Below, in pieces: positions 52,908-64,000 of a stretch of DNA of 64,000 nt. Position 1 is the stretch's first letter, and every line of letters begins with the position of its first letter. The stretch is taken from positions 39,992,001-40,056,000 of the forward strand of contig NW_024704743.1 in NCBI RefSeq assembly GCF_018977255.1, in the 5' to 3' direction. Under the pieces are notes generated by a model, which saw only the letters and a list, made by a program, of their open reading frames with translations, ran no database searches and was not told where the DNA came from. The position numbers were made by a program, and so were the translations under genes. The DNA comes from Callorhinchus milii. Lineage: Eukaryota.

Positions 52908-53222
52908 GTGGAGTCCTGCAGCTTAGTGGTTAGTGGACTCGCCTTGCAAGCGAGAGACCTGGGTTCGATTCCCAGCAGGGTAAAACCTTGGGCAAGTGTC
53001 CTTACTCCACACGCCTGATGATAATGTCTCAAGAGAAAAAAACAATAATAATTTGGTCACTCAATCCACGACTGTTTGTGGGACACTGCTGTGTGCAATT
53101 GGTGCCACGTTTCGCCCACCAATATACAATCAATTCACTTTACAGTATATTCTGTGAATCGCTTTGAAATGTCTAGGAGACATGAAAAGTGCTATATCAA
53201 ATGCAATTTTTGTTTATTATTA
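52908..53222 (+). mobile_element. tRNA-derived SINE, family A short form
   Basis: A and B boxes (cagcttagtgg, gggttcgattcc), Deu-like segment and L2-type tail. Flanked by the direct repeat TAACCT at 52902-52907 and 53223-53228. Confidence 0.9.
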
Positions 53223-56149
53223 TAACCTCATGATCCAAAAGTTGGGCATTGGTTTAAAAATGTGGGGCTCCAGCCAGCGAGTGGGAAGACAAAATTGCTG
53301 ACTTCTAGTCATCATGACCATCCTACAGGACCTGATGTTGGCCACAAACTGATGACCATTTTGGTCAATTGGTCATCTTGGCTTCCTCTGTGCCTTCAAA
53401 GCACTGATGGAGTCATTGTGTGCATTTTAGATTTTTTGAGTAAGAAACTGCTAGGCGTCACACCACAACTGTGCAATAAGTGAATCTATAGCCACAGCTA
53501 AATGCATTATAAGGTTGTTTCACTGAATGTGAAGATCAAAACAAAGAGAAGCAGAAATGAATGTTAAAGAGGCAAGTGTACATTTTCTTAGTAAAAACAG
53601 AAGAAGATTCCAGCTGGACTTCAGACAAAAGCAATTTATTAGCATTAAATAGCTAGAAGCAAAATACCAAGAGTATTGTAACTGGATCTAATAATAGTCA
53701 CGAAAAGTGAATAATATAATGAAAATCATCTTCTAATTAACATGCGTCTTGGGGGAAGTTCAGCTTTTACTATCTTTTGTTTTACTTGTGCCCAAGTAAA
53801 TAAACAATAACACCACTTTATATTTTCTCCTAGAGGAATTATCCTCAAGTGAGAACAGGAGATGCATGATTCTATTCATCCTACCATTCCCTGATTTCAT
53901 TCCATTATATCTTCTTCTATGACATAAGACTGGTTTGCAATTACAATTATTTCCAAATAATGAGGAACTCAGTTGTGGGACTGGGCAAAACATGTGATAA
54001 ATGCTGTGCTTTCAAAACAAGGCTTTGAATCCTACCTAGCAGACCAATAGGATTAAATGCTCCCATCCTTGCTATGCTAGATAAAATAAATGTGTCTTGA
54101 TCCAGACACCAGTGGTTAAAAATGAACAATGTAAATAGCTCATAAATCAGACCTATGTGGAACTAATAATAATCATAATCCTTGCATTTGATATAGCAGT
54201 GTGTTGGGAATATGTCTCAGTTCTTCAAACAAAGAGCCAAATAGCCACCAGTCATTTTAATCACAAGGAGTTCACATCCTTCGTATATATTTGCGAGAAG
54301 GAGAAGAGAATGGGAAATGCTGTATGCAGTTTGCATGTTAAACTTGAAATGAAAATGTTGTTTAAAATCTCTTTGTTAAATTGGTCATTCACTTCATGCC
54401 TGTCTATGGCACATTACTTGGGGAAAATTAGCCGCCTGCAAAAAACAGTCACTGCGCATTACAGTAGATCTTGTAAAGTTCCTCCCACTGTGAAAGGGAC
54501 TATATCAAATGCAAAAGTAGCGCTATCCCAGGAGAAGTGCTCAAGAGTCCATGGACCGCAGTGGTCATTTTTACCGATCTCAGACTTAGAAAGGACTGAC
54601 CTTTAACTCTTGGAAATCCTGATCTTTCAAAACTGAGAGCTCATAAAGCAGGAATAAAAGCTCAGTCCTTTATTCAGCTGAAGTCCTTTATTCTAACATA
54701 AAGCTTAGCCAAATAACTATTATTAGGTTTAATACTCATTGGATGAACTTAAATTTAAACTACACATTAAACAGCTCCTTTTATTGCTGTGTACTGATCT
54801 CTAAGCCCTACAAAATAATTCTTATAAATCAGTTGGAACGTGTAAAATTTACTGTGTGGTTCCCAGTATCAATGATAAAACTGTTGTAAAATTGAGAATA
54901 ATATTCAGAAGATAATGTCGGGGAAGAAAATCTGCCCAGATTGAGGCAACTTCTTTTGTTCACAAAGGATCCCCGCAAAACCTGATGTCAGACAATGACC
55001 TTCAATCTTTCATGCTGGAAGTCAGTTGTTTTCCCTGGTTGAATTCCTTCCTTTCATTAACATTTTTATCCCCACAGTACCTAGACTGTGCTATAATCCG
55101 GGGTTAGAAAGATTAATCCGCCACCATGGCTTTGCACATACTTTCTCAGCTGGAGCTTGGCTTCTTTAGAAATCTGAATTAAATACATGTTAAGATAAGT
55201 CACCTAGCACAAACATTACAGCTTTCTTATTTTCTTGGCAAATTTACTTCCAATGACCTGACAGATCATGCACTGTTGGTTTATGAGTATAAGTAACAAC
55301 AAAGCCTTTTGGATGTATTGACCACTTATAAGTCTATCTGATACTTGGGCAGGTAATCTTCAATTCACTTCCTCCATTTTTGGTTGATGTGTTGGAATCT
55401 AATTATTCTATCTTAAAAGATAATTGCAGTTGTGAACCAAACCAGAGAGTGAATGACCTGGAATCTAACATTTACTTTGCAATATTCTTTCACGAGAAAG
55501 TGGTCAGTGACTTTCCATTTTTTTTACAAGCTTCCCACTGCTACTGCCCTGGGATAAAACTACTTTTTTGGCTTTTGGCTTACTGGGCGAACAAGAGCTG
55601 AGTGGGAAGAATCCCTATTCAATTTTGTACTTGCCTGCATTGCACAGCTGCAATCAGATCAACAACACCGAAAGTTTACATTTATATTACTTTTCACATT
55701 AGGAGGATGTCTTAAAATGTGTCACACAACTGAATGGGAGCCCAAGGTGAGTGGTAGGTGAGGTAGGGAAGAGGAAGTTTGAGGAGGTGGTCAAAAGCAG
55801 AGTTGAAATGATAGGTGTTAAGGCAAGTTTTTAAAGGTGGAGAAAGGGATGGCAATGGAGTATTAAAAGATATGGGAAGTGACATAGAAGAGTGGGATTA
55901 GATCAAATGTTTAGAGAAAAGCACTTTTGATACATCCCCATGACCTGAAAAGAATTATATAAGTATAAAGTGTATTGTAAATTGTATAAAAACACCAGCT
56001 CAGATTTGATGGACTGAATGTCCTTTTTTGTATGTTATGATTACAATCGGTCAAGAAAACATTTGAAAGCAGCTTATTAATGTCAACTAATAGTCAGTTT
56101 CTCTTTACTCAATGGCTTTGATCCCATGTGGAACAGAAAACTAAATTCA

Positions 56150-56365
56150 GACTTTCAGATGAGACATCAAACCTCAGTCCCATCTGCCTGTTCAGATGGA
56201 CATTAAAGATCCCATGATACTTTCAAAAAGAGATGGAAGTTTCTCCGGGTGTCTTTGCCAAAAATCCCTAGAATAAAATTGGTCATTCAATTTATAGCTG
56301 TTTGTGGGACAGTCCTGTCCACAATTCCACTGCCACATTTACTTACAGTCAATGCGCTTCACAAT
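56150..56365 (+). mobile_element. DeuSINE-like element, family B, interrupted by the 56368-56915 L2
   Basis: Core catctgcctgttcagatggacattaaagatcccatg; the tail remnant caaatgcaaggactattat reappears near 56950. Confidence 0.72.
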
Positions 56366-56367
56366 AA

Positions 56368-56915
56368 AAACAACAAAATTACATTTATATAGCGCCTTTC
56401 ATGTCGGGAGGATGTCCCAAGGAGCTGGACAGACAGAATTACGGACCCGAACTTGAGGGTCGGGGTGGGGGAGGGGGAGTGCAGGGGGAAGCAGAGAAAT
56501 TGAAAGCACGGTCAAAGAGGAGGGTCTTGAGGTGGGTCTTGAAGGTGACGAGGGAGGGGACGAGACGGAGGGACTGCAGGATGGAGATCCAAAGGGTGGG
56601 TGCAGAGTGGTGGAAGACCCGTCCATCGATAGTGGGGCGAGCAAGGTAGGGGACATGAAGCAGACCAGAGCCCACTGAGCGGAGGGAGTGAACAGGATGG
56701 GAGGGGTTTAGGAGGTCGGAGAGGTAGGTGGGAACAAGACCATGGAGGGCTTTGAAGGTGAGGACCAGGATCTTGAACTGTATCCTCTGTGTGATGCGAA
56801 GCCAGTGGAGTTGGGCAAGGATGGGGGTGATACGGTCATGGAGCCTAGTGCAGGAGAGGACAAGGGCTGCAGAGTTCTGGATGATCTGCAGCCTGTGGAG
56901 GGAGGAGTTGGGGAG
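56368..56915 (-). mobile_element. L2 LINE 3' fragment closely related to the 18.7-21.5 kb copy
   Basis: MGSGLLHVPYLARPTIDGRVFHHSAPTLW..FKTHLKTLLFDRAF and VRNSVCPAPWDILPT match the reverse complement of 21040-21545. Confidence 0.9.
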
Positions 56916-58457
56916 AAATCATGCATCAACAACATAATAAGTTGCTTTACCAAATGCAAGGACTATTATAATTCTAAGGAAAATATTTCATAGTTTTGGG
57001 TATGGGCAGCTCATTGCACAATCATAGCAATGAAAGTGGATGTTGTGTTAACAAACTATTGTAAGTTATTCAGCATTTCAGTGATTCACCTGATAATCAA
57101 CAAGGGAGTGAGACCCAGTGCAATTCATACCCGATACACTTGTACTGCAGCAAATCTAGAAGGCTTCAGGAGATGAGGCTCAATGCGGATTTGCATTAGC
57201 TCAATTTCTACTAGATATCTGGTGTTGAATCAAACTGATTGAATAAAATAAATCATACATATCTTCAAGGATATGCCTATACCCATTGTGGTGGGTGACG
57301 AAAAAAAGTTGAAAAACATAAACTGCCAGTTGCTTTCTGACCTTTACCTGTATCTGCAATATGTTTTACAACCACAACTGGCTAGAGCAAGCTTCATGAA
57401 TGGCAAGCATCTCAAGGGATGTGGTGACAATGGTTTTTTGACATAGTTTTAACCCATATATATGGAATTGTCATGTAGCACACTCTCGGGGTACTTGTTA
57501 TTTTACATATGTCATAAAAAGTGTGTGAAATACTGCAAATTAGACCCCCACATTTTTTTAAAATTCACATGTACATTACATGGTGATTGCTTTTATGTTA
57601 AGACTTTAAATATTAACATTCAGCCTTCTTGATGAGATTGTAAGATTCTTTTTTCATGGAAAATGATACCGACTTCATGGAAACGTATTCGGAAAATAAA
57701 TTATATCAAGACTCAAATGTTGCATTGCTTGAATGAGATATGACGGAGATGAAAATAATGTGCAAGACTTCTTGCTGTTCCTCATCCATTAAAACATCAA
57801 ACGATGGTATACCTCTAATACCCACAAAAATCCTCCAATTCTGGTGAGTACCACTGACTGCTACGATTTAAATCATTACTTCATAAAGAAATTCAATTGA
57901 AGTCAAGTGGGATTTCATGAGAATGTCAGACAAGGATAGGAGAGCTGTTTAAGTGCTGTTTTATGTTATTTTATAATGTTGTCAATTTCAGCATTATATA
58001 ACAGTCTAAATTAGAACTACACTACAATTTGTTTGTGCATTTTGCAGCAGGTTGCAAACCACTTGTTCGGTTCACTCAGTTGGTAAAACCACTACAATCA
58101 GTGAAGTAGTACCAGACAGACCAGGAAAGCAGTACATTTGATCCCCAATCTACGCTGCGCTAGTTGATTTTGGCATATAGGACTCTTCAGGCTTATAGGA
58201 TTGAAAAAAGTAAACTTTAGTAAACAATACTTTAGGACACAGCAAGATTGTAGAACTTAATAATAAAAGTAATAAAAGATATTAATGAGAAAAAATATTT
58301 AAAAAAACAGATTTTTGTTACATAAGGGTATCAAGGGATACCAGGCAAAGGCGGGTAATTGGAGTTGAGGTATAGATCACCAATGATCTAATAGACTGGC
58401 GGAACAGGATCGAAGGGTGAATGGCCTCCTCCTGTTCCTATGTTTCTATGAAATTAT

Positions 58458-58778
58458 GTGTCAGCCTGTCTTAGCTGGTAGCACTCGCACCTCTGAGTCA
58501 GAAGTTGTGGTCAAAGGTGACACTCCAATGCAATGCTGGGGGTGTGCGGCAATGTGAATTGCAGGCTTTCAGATGAAATGTGAAACCAAGGCTTACCTGG
58601 CTGTCCAGTTGGACATTCCATGGCACTATTGAAAAAGAGAAGGGAATTTCTTCAATCGGTTCCACTTTTGCCAACAAAAACACTTTCACTGCACTTTACA
58701 ATAAATCCTGTGAAGCGCTTTAGGATAGCTTCCTAATGTAAAAGGAACTATACCAAATGTAAAGATTAGTATTATTAT
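58458..58778 (+). mobile_element. DeuSINE-like element, family B, internally deleted
   Basis: gtgtcagcctgtcttagctggtagcactcgcacctctgagtcagaag head and L2-type tail. Confidence 0.78.
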
Positions 58779-58814
58779 ACAAGAGAACTTGATTTTGAGT
58801 TGTGAAGGTCAATT

Positions 58815-59015
58815 TCAGGACAGACACCAGCTTTTCTTTATCAAGAGGGTAACTAACAATTGGAACAGTTTGTCAGCAAGGGTAGTTAAGATGAGGACAC
58901 TGGATTCATTAAAAAACAACTTGATGCTGTGATGCGAAGATGGAAGGGAGGGTAATCTGGAAGGATGAGATGAGTTGGGCCGAAGGGCTTTCTTCATCCA
59001 AACCAATCTTCTGTT
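58815..59015 (+). mobile_element. CR1 3' fragment, short-tail subfamily
   Basis: tggaacagtttgtca...ggacactggattcattaaaaaacaacttgatg...gggccgaagggctttcttcatccaaacc. Confidence 0.72.
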
Positions 59016-59969
59016 CTTATGAGAGGAATTTTTTTCTCTTTCACCTGAACAGGCAGACAGGACATCAGTTTTACAACTCATCTGAAGTACAGCATCTCCA
59101 ACAATGCAGCACACCCTCAGTATTGAACAGAAGTACCAGTCAAGATGACGAGCTTAAATCTTGGTGTGGGGTTTGAACCCAAGCTGACACACAAGCCATT
59201 GCATCTGACTTCTACTGTAAGTAAATGGTGGTATATCCATTTCATACTGGATTGGCCAAGAGCTGTACATTCTCTCTGTTCTATGATTGTGCCAGGAACA
59301 TCTGCTTATGTCCACTTCCAGAATAATGTGGGCACATGAAAATATACAATGATAAATACAGATTAACACTGCAGCATATTTAAGCACAAAGTATTCCCTG
59401 CCCCTTGGGTTCCTCTTCATCACTTTCTGCCATGCATTAGCTCTATTACTTCTCAGAAATTAACTTCTGTTTATCACTCAACAAAGTTGAAGTAATTCAG
59501 TTGCAATGAATAATTCTTCAGTGCAGACATAATCAGTAATGGACAAGCGTCTGGCACAGAACCCTCTACTGACAAATGAACAAACCGGAACAAAATAAAT
59601 CCGCCCTATAAACTTTACATTGGACATCATTTATAAAAGTGAATACCAATGGAGGGATTCTCAGACTGAAAATCCATCTCAGAGTCTGAATGCACATTAT
59701 TAATATTCCAGATTTATTCTCTCAAATTCTGAAATCATCGAGACTTCAAAGAGGTTGGAAATAAAGAAAAAGAAAAGCTGGAGAGGCTGGGAATTGGAGA
59801 AAACAGAAATGACCATGAATTCAGATCAGATTAACCAACATCTAAAAGAGATGCTTCAGGAATGATCAGACATCAGTCAATTGAACTGAGGAAACTTCTG
59901 TATTCTAAAAGACAGAGGAGTACAGCAAGAAAAAAATGCACCAAGAAGCAACAAAAAATATATTATGAT

Positions 59970-60135
59970 TGTGTTTGGTCAGCTGGGTGTCTGACAAATG
60001 TGGCATCCCATCACCAAACTTAAGAGTATCCAAACCAGATTGTGGATTCTTCTGCACAACTCACAGTCTGGTTTGGATACTCTCAAGTGTGGTGATGGGT
60101 TGCCACATGTGTCAGACACCTGGTTGACAAACCCA
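59970..60135. repeat. Long inverted repeat (hairpin): ~75-nt arms, 17-nt loop
   Basis: 59970-60044 versus the reverse complement of 60062-60135: 9 substitutions and 1 gap by eye. Confidence 0.93.
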
Positions 60136-60194
60136 AAAGTCTCAATTATGCATGAAGACATCTTTATGTAAGGAAACATCTTTATATTATCTCT

Positions 60195-60610
60195 AAGATA
60201 GATAACATCTACCTGACTGACCAGGACCGCTTTTTTCCATGTCTGCCACATTGCCCCACCTCCGTCCATACTTCACAACTGACGTAGGTGAAACCCTCGT
60301 CCATGCCTTCTTGACATCCTTGCTCAACTATTCTAATGCCCTCCTCACTGGTCTCCCCAGCTCGACTATACACAAATCCAATTAATTCAAAACTCTACCG
60401 CCCAGATTCTCACCCACACAAATCTTTTTACAACCTTCACACTTGTCTTTGCCTGGCTCCACTGGCTCCCAATTATCAAACAGATCAATTTCATGATCCT
60501 CTCACGTATTTTCAATCCCTTCATGTCCTCGCATCTACCGACTTATCCCACCTGCTTACCTCTCACTCCACCAATCACTACCTCTGCTCGGCTAGCTCAG
60601 GCCTCCTGAG
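60195..60610 (+). mobile_element. Decayed L2 ORF2 fragment
   Basis: gaaaccctcgtccatgccttc and ctccactggctccc resemble L2 ETLVHAF and LHWLP coding. Confidence 0.7.
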
Positions 60611-61030
60611 CTATTGCTACTGTCAATGTCTAGGCAGATGCTGTCAATAAATGTAGGTGTTAGAAATAACAAAAAGATTTGACAAGGTAGACAGTGATAA
60701 AACCTTATTTTCTGGAAGTCAGAACAAGATGAAGTAATTTTAAAATTAGAGATGTTTAAGAAAGTGTTTAACTCCTTATAATAATATTAGTATATTAATA
60801 AAGATCCTTGCATTTGATATAACACCTTGCACGTCAAGAGGATGTCTCAAGGTGTTTCATAGGATTCAATCGACAAAATAATCAATTGAAATATTTCTGA
60901 AGAGGGTGGAAAAATATTTGGCTATCAAGGGATATGGTCAAACTGTATTAATGTGCAGATCAGCCATGATGTTACAAAATAGTTAAATAGGCTTAACATC
61001 TTCAATGATTTATCCTAATCTTACCCTCTT

Positions 61031-61600
61031 ACAACAACAACAACTTGGATTTATATAGCGCCCTCCACGCCGGACGGCACCTCAGAGCACTTCACAGTAA
61101 CGGATCTGGGGACCGAGCCGGGGGGAGGGGGAGGAAGGTGACCAAAGGTGTCGAAAAGAAAGGTCTTCAGCAGAGACCTGAAAATAGGAAGAGAGGGGGC
61201 AAGGTGAAGGGAGTGAGGAATGGAGTTCCAGAGTCTCAGGGCATAGTGACTGAAGGCACGGCCGACGAGGGTGGAGCGAAGTACAAGGAGGAGGCCAGAC
61301 CCGGAGGAACAAAGACAACAAGGCACTTTTGATGAGAGAGGAGGTCAGAGAGGTAGGGGCGTGCAGAGGAGTGGAGGGATTTGAAGAGAAGGGTGAGGAT
61401 CTTGAAGTCGATCCTCTCTGGAACAGGCAGCCAGTGCAGTCTGACAAGGACTGAGGTGATCGGGGAGCGGAGTTTGGTGTGGGTGAGAATGCGGGTGGCA
61501 GAGTTTTGAATAATCTGGATTTTGTGGATGGTAGTGAAGGGGAGACCGGCGACGAGGACGACATTAGAATAGTCCAGCCGAGAGGTGACCAAGGCACCTC
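61031..61600 (-). mobile_element. L2 LINE 3' fragment
   Basis: [11 protein letters not shown]...[10 protein letters not shown]...[15 protein letters not shown], plus (CAA)n tail at 61031-61044. Confidence 0.88.
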
Positions 61601-62667
61601 TTATGTTCTTAAATTGTCTATTTCTATTGTTTGTTTTGAACATAAGAAAATTGGAGTTTGGAAAAGGCCATCAAGTTTGCAGCAAAGCTAGTTCCTCCAG
61701 TAAGTGGCACCGTGGCATCTTAATGTATTTTGAATCACTAGAATTTGTCACCGCTTTTGCCTTTCTTGGCAGATATTTCCAAAAACGCATCTATCTTTAA
61801 ATATGATTTCTCAATATCTTTTTGAAATACACTTTTGATTCCTTTCCATTTAACGTTCTCCATTCAAAACTAAATGGGGGTGGGTGGGGGAGAGAAACCT
61901 GCAGCTACTATTAATAACTGGGAATGTGGAATTAAATGTAAAAAAATCTTGGCTGTGTCTGCATATAGCTGAATAACATGAGCACAGTGCTTCATGGAAT
62001 TAACACTATTCAGCAGCACTTCTTCATGAAAAAGTCTCGCTTACTAATTGTGGTTGTCTAGTACAATATGTAGTATTTTTAAACAGTTGCAAGATACAAT
62101 GAAAAATGTAGCAAAAGAGTATGTAATGAAAAAAAGGCCATTGGGGCCATTAAGTCTACAATTTTCTTAACCACACATGATCTACCCTATCATTGATTCT
62201 AGCCAACCTCCACTCAGAAATTAGTTCTACAAAAATACTTCCTGATCTTTGGTCATCAAGTCCAAATTCCAAAATATTCATCCAATCCCATATCTATTCC
62301 AATTACACCTGACCTGCTACATTAGAATGAAAGGCATGTTGTACCATATATCCCTCCATCCAATAACCTAAAGTCCTATGTAACCTAATTCAAGTGGCAC
62401 TTTACCCACCATGTTTTGATGTATCATGTTCTCTTTTGCTTTTCAGCCTCTTTGGTGATCTGCATTATGGCTGATCATCATTCTCTGAAAGACTGTATTT
62501 AATCTTTCACAACCCTAACTCTGTATCTTAAACTTGCTGTAATATGATATATTAATATGAACAAATTTAAATGTAGCTCAGAAAAGCAGCTCAACCTGAA
62601 ATATTCAATCAATTGAAGGTTCAGTAAGGACCTGTCACTTTTTACTCACATCAGCATTGGAGTAACC

Positions 62668-62926
62668 CGGCAGCCAATTGCACAACAGTTTCTCACAAAC
62701 TGACTTGTATCGAGTGACCAAATTATTATTATTTTTAAATTTTTTTGATGCGATTATTACACCCGGAAAAGCAATCAACTAACAACCATGTTCCTATTTA
62801 CTGCTAGGTAAACAGAAGCATGTGGAGTAAAGAAACTTGCCTAACATTTCGTCCTGCCCGGGAATCGAACCCAGGCCCTCTCGCTTGCGAGGCAAGTGCT
62901 CTAACCACTAAGCCACAGGACTCCAC
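62668..62926 (-). mobile_element. tRNA-derived SINE, family A long form, 3' end missing
   Basis: gggaatcgaaccc (antisense B box) and ctctaaccactaagcc (antisense A box); central segment present. Confidence 0.85.
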
Positions 62927-63689
62927 ATGGTTTGTTTACCAAAATTCTTTGTCAACAGATTGACCATTACCTACTTTGAATAGCACAGAATTTATAATAA
63001 ACTTCCCAAGTTCCAATCATGGGTAAAAAAAGTGTTTGTAAGCTCTTGGCCCTTCATATCAAAGTATATTTATAGTAACCTTTATCCCTGCTCAATATCC
63101 AGCAAGGCAACAGGTAAAAAAAAGAATATCATGTATCTTCATTTTGACAAACCATGTTCAGGATTCTGCTGCAAGTGTATAATTAAGCATGCTGTCCTAC
63201 TTGAATATTCTTTTACAGCTCCAATGAGAGTTATAGCTACTCTATTACCTATGCACATAGCCAAGGAAAAATAGGTCATGTCACCAATGGTTATTCATAT
63301 CAATAAGAAATGTCGGTTGACCATTACCCAATTACAATTCAGAGTTTTATTCTTTTATATAGTTGTGATGAATTAAATCTTAATTATGAAAAATACAATT
63401 TAACTATAATCCCCATTTCTCCAGATTGCCTTTGGCAATAAATGTCTCTTGCACTTTTATTAAATGTATCGGCCTGCAGGCTTGGCACTTCAGAAGCTAC
63501 AGAAGAGTTATTTATCCCTTATGGAAGTAACAGTAAATTAGCGAGCTGGGCTCAAAGTGACCAAGCAAGGGGAAGAGAAGGTGATAATAGGGCTGTACTG
63601 AGGAAGCAGGGGGAGGTGTGGGGAGCAGTGGCAGATTGTTTTCAGGATTTCCTGCTATTCACTCCATTCCTAAATTACCTCTTGTAACA

Positions 63690-63990
63690 TTAAGACAGAA
63701 AAATATGAAATTTATATCAGAATTTTCACTCGTGATATTTGATCACATTCTGCTCTTGCTGGTGCCCAATTCAAACACTAGTGGAACCAGAGGCCATGAC
63801 CTAAGATTGAAGGGGATACATTCAAAACTAATCTGCAGAACCCTATTTCACCGGATGAGTATTAAATGTATGGAACAGGCTCCCTAGGAAGATGTTGGAA
63901 GGAGAAAATGTTGATTCTTTCAAAAGTAAATTAGATTAATTTATTTTGGGAAATAATATCTTGGGATACAGTATTTAGTTTGGGACATGA
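63690..63990 (+). mobile_element. Decayed CR1 3' fragment
   Basis: TRGHDLRLKG motif and tggaacaggctccct (WNRLP). Confidence 0.72.
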
Positions 63991-64000
63991 CATGTGCATG

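Noticed and set aside
52908..52980. tRNA-Ala(TGC)-like sequences here and at ~1060-1130, 29445-29512, 42870-42946, 48495-48566 and 62855-62926
   Set aside because: They are SINE heads: most run directly into the SINE body, differ from one another, and lack a clean acceptor stem and Pol III terminator.
52430..64000. CDH18 promoter or upstream non-coding exons
   Set aside because: No CpG island or convincing exon is visible; non-coding exons cannot be called without transcript data.

Overview
This is vertebrate genomic DNA, not prokaryotic. The repeat complement (L2 and CR1 LINEs, Deu-domain tRNA-derived SINEs) points to a cartilaginous fish, possibly a holocephalan (inference). The window holds the 5' coding part of a type II classical cadherin gene on the minus strand, best matching CDH18. 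Three exons are present: 52429-51965 (243 nt of 5'UTR plus 74 codons), 36310-36016 (295 nt) and 26465-26346 (120 nt), all with canonical GT-AG boundaries and compatible phases. I could not find the next expected exon (~168 nt) in 1-26345, so it probably lies beyond the left edge. The rest is intron packed with decayed retroelements: one ~2.8 kb L2 copy (endonuclease + RT), many L2 and CR1 3' fragments, and two SINE families that use the L2 3' tail. Fold-back MITEs and an unclassified dispersed repeat are also present. Nearly all other ORFs in the track are repeat-derived or spurious. I see no convincing new gene system. The best leads are a 166-nt hairpin built from the unclassified repeat, a 236-nt locally templated insertion, a recurrent insertion site in CR1 tails, a covarying LINE/SINE stem-loop, a modular SINE, a uORF cluster in the CDH18 leader, and inverted repeats bracketing the ATG exon. 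Repeat boundaries were read by eye and are approximate.
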